Shown: one piece after another, positions 8,262 to 16,592 of the stretch
Position numbering within the stretch: position 1 is the first letter of the stretch
Layout: every line of letters starts with the position of its first letter
Source: Akkermansia muciniphila ATCC BAA-835
Lineage (GTDB): Bacteria > Verrucomicrobiota > Verrucomicrobiia > Verrucomicrobiales > Akkermansiaceae
Reading direction: 5' to 3'
NCBI RefSeq assembly: GCF_000020225.1
Contig: NC_010655.1
Coordinates: 780,001 to 812,000, forward strand
Length of the DNA: 32,000 nt
Translations under genes and position numbers: made by a program
Notes under the pieces: model-generated
Told to the model about the DNA's origin: nothing
Database searches by the model: none
Seen by the model: only the letters and a program-made list of their open reading frames with translations

Positions 8262-9842
8262 ATGAAAATTCTTTCCACTTTTTTCCTCGGTTCCCTGATG
8301 TTGCTCGGCGGCTGCCAGCCGCGCGAAGCCGGACGAACCGCTCCCGAACCCCAGCCTGAACAACAGACGGAAACGCCTGCGGAACAGATGGAGGAAACGC
8401 CCGCGCCGGCCCCGCTTCCCTCCCCCACCGGCTCCATGGTCGGCATTAACGCCACCAATCAGGGCTATGCCATGATTCAGCCGTGGAGCAAGGAAAACCC
8501 GGCGTACAGCCAGGGCTTCGGCATTTATCTGGGAGACGGCAATATCCTGACGGCAGCCAACATCGTTTATTCCGCCAGCTTCGTGGAAGTGACCTCCGCA
8601 GACGGCTCCCAGACGGTTCCCGTGACCGTAACCGCCTTTGACCCGGAAGCCAATCTTGCCCTTCTGCGCCTGAAAAACGGAAAAGATGCCGCTTTTCTGG
8701 ACAAACTGGTCCCCGTTGCGCTGGGGAAGGCTCCCCGCCTGGGCGACAAGGTAACCTTCTGGCAATTCAATGGCGACGGCCTTCCCATCACTACCTCCGG
8801 AACCCTTCTGGCGACGGAAAGCGCCTGCCCGTTCACGAACGGGGAACCGTTCGTCCTGTATAACGTCAAATCCTCCGTCACTCCCCTGAAAGGCGGCGCA
8901 GGCAACCCCGTCATGAGGGGCAATGAACTTGTGGGCCTCAGCGCCAGCTGCGATCCCTCCGCACAGAAAGTGCTGGCCGTAACCCATACCATGATTTCCC
9001 GGTTCCTGGAACAGGCCCGGGCCGGCAATTACACCGGTTTCCCGGCGGACGGCACCCAGGTCACGGAACTGACCGACCCCGTCTTCCGCAAATTCCTGGG
9101 CCTGCCTGAAACTGGCGGCGGCTTTTACGTGGTGAAACTGCCTGTTTACGGCTCCTTCTACAAAGCCGGAGTACGTCCCGGAGACGTGGTGGAAAGCGTC
9201 AACGGCATCCCTCTGGACAGCAAAGGTTTAATTAAGGATCCCGCCCTGGGCCCCGTTTCCGCCAACTTTCTGTTCCGAGACTCCGCCAAACCGGGGGATA
9301 CCATTACGCTGGGCATCCGCCGCAAGGGAAAGGACGGCTCCAGCCAGCCCATGACGCTGGACGTCAAACTGGACAGGAGCGCCCTTGAAGGGGACCTGGT
9401 CAATCCGGCCCCCTTCATCTCCAATCCGCCCTACCGCATTTACGGAGGTCTGGTATTTGTCCCGCTGACGGGAGCCCTGATGGGAGAAATCAACAAGCTC
9501 AGCAAGAACCATCCCCCCCTCAACCTGGTGGAAGCCACTCAAAAGAAAGAGGACATACGGAAAAAAGGCGTGGATGAAATCGTGGTCTTCCTGATGGCCC
9601 TGCCCACCCAGGCTACACTGGGATACGCCCAGATGAGCCCCTCCATTGTGGAAAAAGTCAACGGTGTGCAGGTGAAAAGCTTCAAGCACCTCAACCAGCT
9701 TCTGGACCTTCCCGCTCCCGGCGGCACGCACCGCATCGAAGTGACCCAGCAGCCGTACACCATGTACATGTCCCAGAAGGAAGCTGCCAAAGCGGACCGC
9801 TTCATCCAGATGAGGGCCGTTCCCGTGCTCCGCAGGGACTAG
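8262..9842 (+). CDS. lipoprotein paralog of the preceding Deg-like protease with the catalytic triad lost (predicted pseudoprotease)
   Basis: Lipobox-like MKILSTFFLGSLMLLGGC followed by a Pro/Glu/Gln-rich linker. It is collinear with the upstream protease (for example SIVEKVNGVQVKSFKHLNQLL versus SIVEKINGVKVKGLTHAYELL, and YRIYGGLVFVPL versus YVVFGGLVFQPI). The triad positions read TAANIV (Asn 8559-8561), EANLALL (Asn 8652-8654) and GGAGNPV (Ala 8898-8900). Confidence 0.8.
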   Translation: MKILSTFFLGSLMLLGGCQPREAGRTAPEPQPEQQTETPAEQMEETPAPAPLPSPTGSMVGINATNQGYAMIQPWSKENPAYSQGFGIYLGDGNILTAANIVYSASFVEVTSADGSQTVPVTVTAFDPEANLALLRLKNGKDAAFLDKLVPVALGKAPRLGDKVTFWQFNGDGLPITTSGTLLATESACPFTNGEPFVLYNVKSSVTPLKGGAGNPVMRGNELVGLSASCDPSAQKVLAVTHTMISRFLEQARAGNYTGFPADGTQVTELTDPVFRKFLGLPETGGGFYVVKLPVYGSFYKAGVRPGDVVESVNGIPLDSKGLIKDPALGPVSANFLFRDSAKPGDTITLGIRRKGKDGSSQPMTLDVKLDRSALEGDLVNPAPFISNPPYRIYGGLVFVPLTGALMGEINKLSKNHPPLNLVEATQKKEDIRKKGVDEIVVFLMALPTQATLGYAQMSPSIVEKVNGVQVKSFKHLNQLLDLPAPGGTHRIEVTQQPYTMYMSQKEAAKADRFIQMRAVPVLRRD

Positions 9843-9855
9843 GAATCCGCGAGCC

Positions 9856-11043
9856 ATGTTCACTTGCAGCCCTCCTGGCATGTCACTTCACACGCTGAAT
9901 ATCCGGCTTGATTTTCCCTACAGGACAGGCTTTACCCATGGAGCCTTCCGCCCGGAAAACGATGCTCTGGCCAGCCTGATGGAACAGAGGCCCGGAAGCC
10001 GCGTTCTCGTTCTCCTGGAAAAAGGGCTGGAACAGTTTTATCCGCAGCTTCCGTCAGACATTGACCGCTATTTTGAAAAAAATGCCGGGGTACTGGCCTA
10101 TGCCGGCTGTTGTTCCGTTCCGGGCGGGGAGGAAGCCAAAACAGGTTTTTCCGCATGGGAAACGGCCCTGCGCCACATTGTGGAAGCAGGCATTGACCGC
10201 CATTCCTATATCATAGCCGTGGGCGGCGGAGCGTTTCTTGACGTAGCAGGCTTTGCCGCCGCCACCGCCCATCGCGGCATCCGGCTGTTGCGCATCCCCA
10301 CCACCACCCTCTCCCAGGCAGACTCCGGAGTAGGTGTCAAAAACGGGATCAATTTCATGGGCCGGAAAAACTATCTGGGCACCTTCGCCGTTGCGTGGGC
10401 CACGCTTGACGACTTCCTGTTCCTCCATTCCCAGCCCCTCCCCCTGAAAAGAGCCGGGCTGGCGGAAGTAGTGAAAGTGGCGGTGGTGAAAGACGCCTCT
10501 TTCTTCAACTGGCTGGAAACGAACGCCTCCGCGCTGGCTGTATGCGAACGGGATGCTCTGGAATATGCCGTGGAGCATTCCGCTCTGCTGCACGCCTCGC
10601 ACATTGCATGCGGAGGAGACGCCTTTGAACTGGGTTCCAGCCGCCCCCTGGACTTCGGACATTGGGCCGCCCATTACATGGAAACCATGTCCGGCTACAC
10701 GCTGGGGCACGCGGAGGCCGTTTCCGTGGGCATGTGCCTGGACATCCTTTATTCCGTCCGGAAAGGATGGCTGCCTGCCGCGGAGGCGGAAAGAATCATC
10801 TCCGTGCTGAAAACCCTGGAACTGCCCGTATTCCACCCCCTGCTTTCCCGCAGGACAGAAAACGGCGCCTGCGAAGTGCTGAAAGGTCTGGAGGCCTTCC
10901 GCGAACACCTCGGCGGCCACCTGACGGTACTGATGCTTACCGGAATAGGCCGGGGAAAAGACGTCCATGAGATAGATGCCGCTCTGATGGAGGAATGCAT
11001 CCGGGAAATGCAGGAAGCCGCCGGATATTCCGTTCAGGAATAA
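9856..11043 (+). CDS. 3-dehydroquinate synthase-family sugar phosphate cyclase (AroB-like; exact substrate uncertain)
   Basis: Motifs GGGAFLDVAGFAAATAHRGIRLLRIPTT, DSGVGVKNGIN, GLAEVVKVAVV, LDFGHWAAH, LGHAEAVSVGM. An alternative start is ATG 9880 (MSLHTLNI...). Confidence 0.8.
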   Translation: MFTCSPPGMSLHTLNIRLDFPYRTGFTHGAFRPENDALASLMEQRPGSRVLVLLEKGLEQFYPQLPSDIDRYFEKNAGVLAYAGCCSVPGGEEAKTGFSAWETALRHIVEAGIDRHSYIIAVGGGAFLDVAGFAAATAHRGIRLLRIPTTTLSQADSGVGVKNGINFMGRKNYLGTFAVAWATLDDFLFLHSQPLPLKRAGLAEVVKVAVVKDASFFNWLETNASALAVCERDALEYAVEHSALLHASHIACGGDAFELGSSRPLDFGHWAAHYMETMSGYTLGHAEAVSVGMCLDILYSVRKGWLPAAEAERIISVLKTLELPVFHPLLSRRTENGACEVLKGLEAFREHLGGHLTVLMLTGIGRGKDVHEIDAALMEECIREMQEAAGYSVQE

Positions 11044-11572
11044 CAGCCCTTTCCTTGCCGCCTCCCCGTCAGAAAACAGGCAGAAGCCATCTGGCGTATC
11101 ACAGAGAAATACCAGCCGGACGGCAGTATGAAAAAAACAACGACGTTTTTCCTTCCCACAATCTCCATATCCTCCTGTTCCGGCAGTTCCCGCAGGGCAG
11201 CATTATTATGTGCTGCCGGGCATCCCATGATGCAAGCCATTTTGCGACTCCCCCTTTTTTCATAACGCGCCGGAGTTACTTCTCCTTTTTCAAAAAGAAG
11301 ATGAAGGAAAAAGCATGAACAGCCTGCCGGATACCTCAAAGAGAAGATCATCCGTCAACAATGCGGAGGCAGTGGACACGATGCCTCCCTGGGAACAAAT
11401 CCATTCATCGTCTTTGCAAGGCACTGGAAAACCAAACTGCCGGGAGCCGCGTTCCGCTGAAAATTCAGGGATGGATCTTCCGGAAAACCGTCCCTTTTAA
11501 ACCTGTGCGGATAACTCCGCGGGAAACGGAACTTTCCCGTATTCGTCCAAACTGACTCCGGGCCATCCCCAT

Positions 11573-12358
11573 TTACAGACGCGGTACGGCGGCGAGAAGC
11601 GCCTGCGTGTATTCGTGGGAAGGGGAAGAAAATACTTTGTCCGCCTCCCCGTATTCCACAATGCGGCCTTTGCGCATCACGGCAATGCGGTCCGCGATGT
11701 AATGGACCACGGACAAATCATGGGAAATGAATATCATGGTCAGGCTCAAGTCGCGGGCCAGGGCAATAAGAAGGTTCAGAATCTGGGACTGGATGGAAAC
11801 GTCCAGCGCGGAAACGGGTTCATCCGCGATAACCAGCCTGGGTTCCGGCGCCAATGCGCGCGCAATGGCGACGCGCTGGCGCTGGCCTCCGGAAAATTCA
11901 TGGGGATACTTGCGCATCAGGGAGGGGCTCAGCCCTACCTTTTCCATCAGTTCCGCCACATCATCCCTCGTCTGGGCAAAAGTTCTTTTACGGCGGCTCT
12001 GCAACGCCTCCTTTAATGTTGCATATACCGTAAAACGGGGGTTCAGGGAAGCATAAGGGTCCTGGAAAACCATCTGGAAATCCGGACGACGCTTCCTGAC
12101 TTCGGATGCGGAAAGAGCCGTCAACTCTTCCCCTTCCAGAAAAATGCGGCCCTCCGTAGGCTTCTGGAGCAGCATCACCGTGCGGGACAGCGTGGATTTG
12201 CCGCAACCGGATTCACCCACCAGCCCCAGGATTTCTCCCTTTTCCACGGACAGCGACACCCCGTCCACCGCCACTACGGGGGCGGATTTGCGGGCAGAGA
12301 GCAGCCCCTGCACCGCAGGAAAGACAACGCTCACATGATCCAGTTCCAGAAAAGCCAT
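11573..12358 (-). CDS. oligopeptide/dipeptide-type ABC transporter ATP-binding protein (OppF/DppF-like)
   Basis: Walker A GESGCGKST, signature FSGGQRQRVAIARAL, Walker B LVIADEPVSALD, H-loop ISHDL. The Opp-type features MVFQDPYASLNP and a C-terminal HEYTQALL are also present. Confidence 0.9.
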   Translation of the reverse strand: MAFLELDHVSVVFPAVQGLLSARKSAPVVAVDGVSLSVEKGEILGLVGESGCGKSTLSRTVMLLQKPTEGRIFLEGEELTALSASEVRKRRPDFQMVFQDPYASLNPRFTVYATLKEALQSRRKRTFAQTRDDVAELMEKVGLSPSLMRKYPHEFSGGQRQRVAIARALAPEPRLVIADEPVSALDVSIQSQILNLLIALARDLSLTMIFISHDLSVVHYIADRIAVMRKGRIVEYGEADKVFSSPSHEYTQALLAAVPRL

Positions 12359-12421
12359 GCCGCCACCCTAACAAGCCTTCCGATGCAAGACAAGACCCCA
12401 GCCGCGCCAGTTCCTCCAATA

Positions 12422-12754
12422 TCAGGACATCCATGCGCACCTCCCATGCCGTTCCCCCCACAGAAAAACCAGAACCGGCAATGAACACCAGCCCCGGCTG
12501 GGCATTTCGCATGTCTTCCGGAGCCACCCGGAACCAGAAGAGTTCATCATCACACACGAGGCTGATAACAGCAAAAGAGGCTGTTCCCCCATTTCCACCG
12601 TCCATTGGCCTTTTTGAAGAACCATAATACCGCCAGGAAATATCAGGGACCGCACACAAGGAAAAAACATGCTCCAGCCCAAAAGCGCTCCAAAAACGGC
12701 TGACAGGATGAAGGCCGCAACCAGCAGCAGGGCCGGAGCTTTTCTATCCCGCAT
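12422..12754 (-). CDS. hypothetical small membrane-anchored protein (weak call)
   Basis: The 110-aa ORF has one clear N-terminal hydrophobic helix (APALLLVAAFILSAVFGALLGW) and ends 63 nt upstream of the ABC ATPase. The C-terminal half is Trp/Cys-rich and not protein-like enough to be sure. Confidence 0.3.
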   Translation of the reverse strand: MRDRKAPALLLVAAFILSAVFGALLGWSMFFPCVRSLIFPGGIMVLQKGQWTVEMGEQPLLLLSASCVMMNSSGSGWLRKTCEMPSRGWCSLPVLVFLWGERHGRCAWMS

Positions 12755-12831
12755 ATTTTGATGATCCCCTATCCGGATTTCCGGATCCTCCCTGAATCAA
12801 ATTTATGGATAAATCCCCCCATGGAGCCATA

Positions 12832-12869
12832 TCAAACAAAAGAACCGTTCCCCGCAAAGGGAACGGTTC
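12832..12869 (-). terminator. rho-independent terminator of rpsB-tsf
   Basis: A perfect 11-bp stem, GAACCGTTCCC (12842-12852) with GGGAACGGTTC (12859-12869), has a 6-nt loop. On the minus strand it is followed by TTTTGTTTG. It lies 23 nt after the tsf stop. Confidence 0.75.
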
Positions 12870-12891
12870 CAGAGATACTCTGACTCAGAGC

Positions 12892-13770
12892 TTACGCACC
12901 GAGCTGGTAGCGGACGAAGGAGGCGACGGAGATATCGTCGCCGAGTTCCTTGCCGACCTGGTTGAGGAGGGCCTCCACCGTCATCTTTCCGGCAGGGTCC
13001 TTCACAAATACCTGGTTCAGCAGGCAGGACTGGGCGTACAGAGCCTTCAGCTTGCCGGGAAGAATCTTTTCCAGCAGGTGTTCGGGCTTGCCTTCCTGAA
13101 TGAGCTGCTGCTTGGCGATTTCCTGTTCCTCGGCCACGAAGGCGGGATCCAGGCTATCGGAGCTGACGCTCTTGGGAGCGGCGGCGGCGATGTGCAAGGT
13201 CAAATCCTTGGCGAGGGCTTTGAACGCATCAGACTTGACGGTTTCTTCCTTGCCGGCCTTGATGGACAGCAGAACGCCCACTTTGCCGCCCATGTGGATG
13301 TAGGAGACCACGGCGCCGATGCCGTCCGCCGTCAGGCGGGCGAATTTGCGCAGAGCCATGTTTTCGCCAATGGAGCTGCACATGGCCTTGATATATTCTT
13401 CCGTGGAGCCTTCCGCCATGGGGACCTGGAGAGCCTCTTCCAGCGTGGAGGCCTTGGAATCCATGAGAGCGTTGGCAACGTCATTCACCAGACCCTGGAA
13501 CTTGTCCCCCTTGGCGCAGAAGTCCGTTTCACAGTTGAGTTCAAGGATGATGCCGGAGCAGCCGCAGGGAGCCACAGCGGCGCGGATCACGCCTTCCTTG
13601 GCGTCACGGTCGGCCTTGGCCGCAGCCTTGGCAATTCCCTTCTCACGAAGATACTTTACGGCGGCATCCATGTCGCCGTTGCATTCGTTGAGGGCTTTCT
13701 TGCAATCCATCATGCCGGCGTCCGTTTTGTCACGGAGAGCCTTGACGAGAGCTGCAGTAATTTCTGCCAT
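12892..13770 (-). CDS. tsf: translation elongation factor Ts
   Basis: MAEITAALVKALRDKTDAGMMDCKKALNECNGDMDAAVKYLREKG (UBA-like N-terminus typical of EF-Ts). 292 aa, directly downstream of rpsB. Confidence 0.97.
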   Translation of the reverse strand: MAEITAALVKALRDKTDAGMMDCKKALNECNGDMDAAVKYLREKGIAKAAAKADRDAKEGVIRAAVAPCGCSGIILELNCETDFCAKGDKFQGLVNDVANALMDSKASTLEEALQVPMAEGSTEEYIKAMCSSIGENMALRKFARLTADGIGAVVSYIHMGGKVGVLLSIKAGKEETVKSDAFKALAKDLTLHIAAAAPKSVSSDSLDPAFVAEEQEIAKQQLIQEGKPEHLLEKILPGKLKALYAQSCLLNQVFVKDPAGKMTVEALLNQVGKELGDDISVASFVRYQLGA

Positions 13771-13799
13771 AGTGTTTTTGTTCTTTCTAAATGGTTGGT

Positions 13800-14495
13800 T
13801 TAGGCTTCGGCGGATGCGCCCTTGCCTTCGTTGATGGCCTTGACAATGCAGTCAAGAATCAGGCGGATGGAACGGACGGCGTCGTCGTTGCCGGGAATCG
13901 GGAAGTCGATTTCCTTCGGGTCGGCGTTGGTATCAACCAGAACGCAGACGGGAATGTTCAGGCGGTGGGCCTCGCGGATGGCGATGTCTTCATGGTCGGC
14001 GCCGATGGCCACCATGGCGTCCGGAGCGCCGCCCATGTTGCGGATGCCCTGAAGGTTGCGTTCCAGCTTCTGGCGTTCGCGGTCCAGAGCGGCCAGTTCC
14101 TTCTTGGACATGCTCTTGAATTCCGGGCTCTTTTCAATCCCTTCCAGATAGACAAGGCGTTCAATGCTCTTGCGGATTGTGCTCATGTTGGTGAGCATGC
14201 CGCCCAGCCAGCGGTGGTTGACATAGTACTGACCAGTGGCTTCCGCAGCTTCGCGGACGGCTTCCTGAGCCTGGCGCTTGCAGCCGACGAAGAGGATTTT
14301 CTTATTGCGGCGGGCCAGATCAGCCAGGAAGGAGCAGGCCTTGTCCAGGCATTTTTCCGTTTCCTCAAGGTTGATGATATGGATACCGGCCTTGTCCTTG
14401 AGAAGGTACTTTTTCATGCTGGGGTGCCATTTGCGGGTCTGGTGGCCCAAATGAACACCGGCTTCAACCATCTGGTTAATCAGATCATTAATCAT
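13800..14495 (-). CDS. rpsB: 30S ribosomal protein S2
   Basis: LINQMVEAGVHLGHQTRKWHPSMKKYL, ILFVGCKRQAQE, VNHRWLGGMLTN, VLVDTNADP. Confidence 0.97.
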   Translation of the reverse strand: MINDLINQMVEAGVHLGHQTRKWHPSMKKYLLKDKAGIHIINLEETEKCLDKACSFLADLARRNKKILFVGCKRQAQEAVREAAEATGQYYVNHRWLGGMLTNMSTIRKSIERLVYLEGIEKSPEFKSMSKKELAALDRERQKLERNLQGIRNMGGAPDAMVAIGADHEDIAIREAHRLNIPVCVLVDTNADPKEIDFPIPGNDDAVRSIRLILDCIVKAINEGKGASAEA

Positions 14496-14610
14496 ATATG
14501 TATGTAGGTGGCTTTCCTTGCGGCAGGAAAAGCAGTTTTTGGGGACTTCGACGCTTTTTACCCCTCCGATCCCCGTTGTTTAGTTGCGCCGAATCACGCG
14601 AGGGACGGGC

Positions 14611-14639
14611 AATATACTTCCCGCCCCCTCTCTTGTCAA
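14611..14639 (-). promoter_or_regulatory. near-consensus sigma70 promoter of rpsB-tsf
   Basis: On the minus strand: TTGACA (plus coordinates 14639-14634), 17-nt spacer, TATATT (14616-14611). This predicts a 5' UTR of about 105-110 nt that contains a hairpin at 14511-14533. Confidence 0.55.
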
Positions 14640-14733
14640 AGCATAAATCATTGATTTACGAAACTATTCCGCCGTTCGCGGAACCTTGTCGCAAGCAAGC
14701 TCATGGAGAACTTTGCCATTTCCGCAGAATATC

Positions 14734-15492
14734 TTACCGCGCAGGCCCGTCAAAACCGTTCCCGGCAGACTCTCCCATGCCCGTTTTCCAGTATTCCCGT
14801 TCCGCTTGCAAATAAAACGCACCGAACGGAGGCAGGATTTTTAACGTTTTCCCATGCCTTGCGGCCAGTTCCGGAGAGGGCATGTCCTCCCGCATATGCT
14901 TCCCTTTTCCAATCAGGAACGGCAGCACTACCACCTTTTGCCCCTTTAATCCGGGTAATACCTTTTCCACAGAAGGAAATGCGCCAAAGTATGCAAGTGC
15001 CATGTCCGTTCCTTCCGGAAGCCGGAACTTCAACTGCTGGAGGAATTGCGCCGGCTCAGGGGCAGCCTCCCTTCCCGTTACCCCGTGGGCTACCACCAGC
15101 AGGGAAGCCTCCCCCTCCAATTCCTTTTGCAAGGCGGCGGCCCTAAAACCAACACCGCCGCATCCCGCTCCCCATACGGGTTTAAAAACAAGTTCCGGAT
15201 GCTGCCCGCTCCCGGCATACAGCGCACGAAGCAATTCCGGCAATGTCTCCGTCACCGTCACGCCGCTCTGCATGAAGACAGGGTAAACCCAGACTACACC
15301 ATCGCCCGGAGGCAAATCCGCCGCCGTCAGGCTGCGGAAAGACCCCTGCCAGACACAGTCGCTTGAACAGTGAAACTGCTCCGCCACATGCTGCCGCAAT
15401 TCAGCCCCTGCTTCATCATAGGAAATAAAGAGTTTGTAAATCTTCCTGGGCATTTCGGTAAGACCACTGCGGGGGAACGGCGTTCGGAACAT
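14734..15492 (-). CDS. class II chelatase (CbiK/CbiX/SirB family, sirohydrochlorin cobalto- or ferrochelatase-like)
   Basis: Two-lobed protein. The C-terminal lobe has LLVVAHGVTG and VVVLPFLIGKGKHMREDMP (GHG-like and GxH motifs). The N-terminal lobe (KLFISYDEAG, VYPVFMQSGVTVTE) lacks the histidines, as in the CbiK arrangement. An alternative start is ATG 15453. Confidence 0.55.
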   Translation of the reverse strand: MFRTPFPRSGLTEMPRKIYKLFISYDEAGAELRQHVAEQFHCSSDCVWQGSFRSLTAADLPPGDGVVWVYPVFMQSGVTVTETLPELLRALYAGSGQHPELVFKPVWGAGCGGVGFRAAALQKELEGEASLLVVAHGVTGREAAPEPAQFLQQLKFRLPEGTDMALAYFGAFPSVEKVLPGLKGQKVVVLPFLIGKGKHMREDMPSPELAARHGKTLKILPPFGAFYLQAEREYWKTGMGESAGNGFDGPAR

Positions 15493-15723
15493 CCTGTCAT
15501 TTATTCATGCGGAAGTAACGCATGATGGCCGTTTGTAACAAAAAGTCCGGAGGGCGGCAACTCCATACGCTTTTTTCCAATCCATGCTCCCCTCCATTTA
15601 CACGCACCTATCTAAAAAATATTTACCATATTTATAACAAAATCATTATATCGAATATAAAAAGATACTTCCGGAAAAATAAACCTTCGCCTCCGAATCT
15701 CCGCGCGGAGGCAGGATAGCGGC

Positions 15724-15752
15724 TTGACCGAAAGGCCTGAAACCGTCATGAT
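15724..15752 (+). promoter_or_regulatory. candidate promoter of the kdsA array
   Basis: TTGACC (15724-15729), 17-nt spacer, CATGAT (15747-15752), 25 nt before the kdsA ATG. It is preceded by a strongly AT-rich stretch (about 15600-15690) that could act as an UP element. Confidence 0.3.
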
Positions 15753-15776
15753 ACAAGGACATACAGGTTTTGTTTT

Positions 15777-16592
15777 ATGTCGTTTTACATTCAATCCGTT
15801 GAAATCGGCGGCCCGCGGCCGTTCTACCTTCTGGGCCCCTGCTCTCTGGAATGCGAATCCTTTGTATGGGAGATGGCCCGCTCCATCAAGGCCATCGCGG
15901 AAAACCTGGATGTCCCGCTGATCTTCAAAGCTTCCTACGACAAGGCGAACCGCACTTCCGTCACCTCTTTTCGCGGCCCAGGCGTGCAGGAAGGCTGCCG
16001 CATTCTGTCGGAAATCGGCAGGGAGCTGAAACTGCCCGTCGTTACGGATGTGCATACGGCCCAGGAAGCGGAAATTGCCGCCGAATACGTGGATCTGCTC
16101 CAGGTTCCCGCTTTTTTGTGCCGCCAGACGGATCTTCTGGAAGCCTGCGCCAAGAGCGGCCGGCCCGTGAATATCAAAAAAGGGCAGTTCCTGGCTCCGT
16201 GGGATACCGTGAACATCGGGGAAAAAATGCGCGCCTTCGGCTGTGACGAATTCATGATGTGCGAACGCGGCACCACCTTTGGTTATAACAATCTGGTGGT
16301 GGACATGCGCTCCCTGTACTGGATGAAACAGGAAGGCTTTCCCGTCGTATTCGACGCCACTCACGCAGTTCAGAAACCCGGGGGATTGGGAGGAACCACG
16401 GGAGGAGACAGCGAGCTGGCCCCCGTGCTGGCATCCGCCGCCATGGCGACGGGCAGCATTGACGGCGTGTTCATGGAGGTGCACAAAGACCCGTCCAAAG
16501 CGCTTTCCGACGGCCCCAACCAAATTCCTCTCCACCTGCTTGAAGGAGTGCTGAAACGCCTTCAGTCCATCCACCAGGCGGTTCAGTCATGA
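15777..16592 (+). CDS. kdsA: 3-deoxy-8-phosphooctulonate (KDO-8-P) synthase
   Basis: LIFKASYDKANRTS, VTDVH, LQVPAFLCRQTDLL, VNIKKGQF, CERGTTFGYNNLVVDMR, VFDATHAVQ. Confidence 0.95.
   Translation: MSFYIQSVEIGGPRPFYLLGPCSLECESFVWEMARSIKAIAENLDVPLIFKASYDKANRTSVTSFRGPGVQEGCRILSEIGRELKLPVVTDVHTAQEAEIAAEYVDLLQVPAFLCRQTDLLEACAKSGRPVNIKKGQFLAPWDTVNIGEKMRAFGCDEFMMCERGTTFGYNNLVVDMRSLYWMKQEGFPVVFDATHAVQKPGGLGGTTGGDSELAPVLASAAMATGSIDGVFMEVHKDPSKALSDGPNQIPLHLLEGVLKRLQSIHQAVQS

Noticed and set aside
12771-12786. A perfect 16-bp palindrome, ATCCGGA-TT-TCCGGAT, upstream of the weak small ORF at 12422-12754.
   Set aside because: It is real in the sequence, but it is short and sits next to a gene call I do not trust. 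I found no associated promoter. Chance occurrence in CCGG-rich DNA cannot be excluded.
15688-15712. Overlapping palindromes (CTCCGCGCGGAG at 15699-15710, and GCCTCCG with CGGAGGC) between the chelatase gene and kdsA that could form alternative hairpins.
   Set aside because: There is no T-tract, no leader ORF and no recognisable riboswitch-like conservation. They lie upstream of the best kdsA promoter candidate, so they are probably not in the mRNA.
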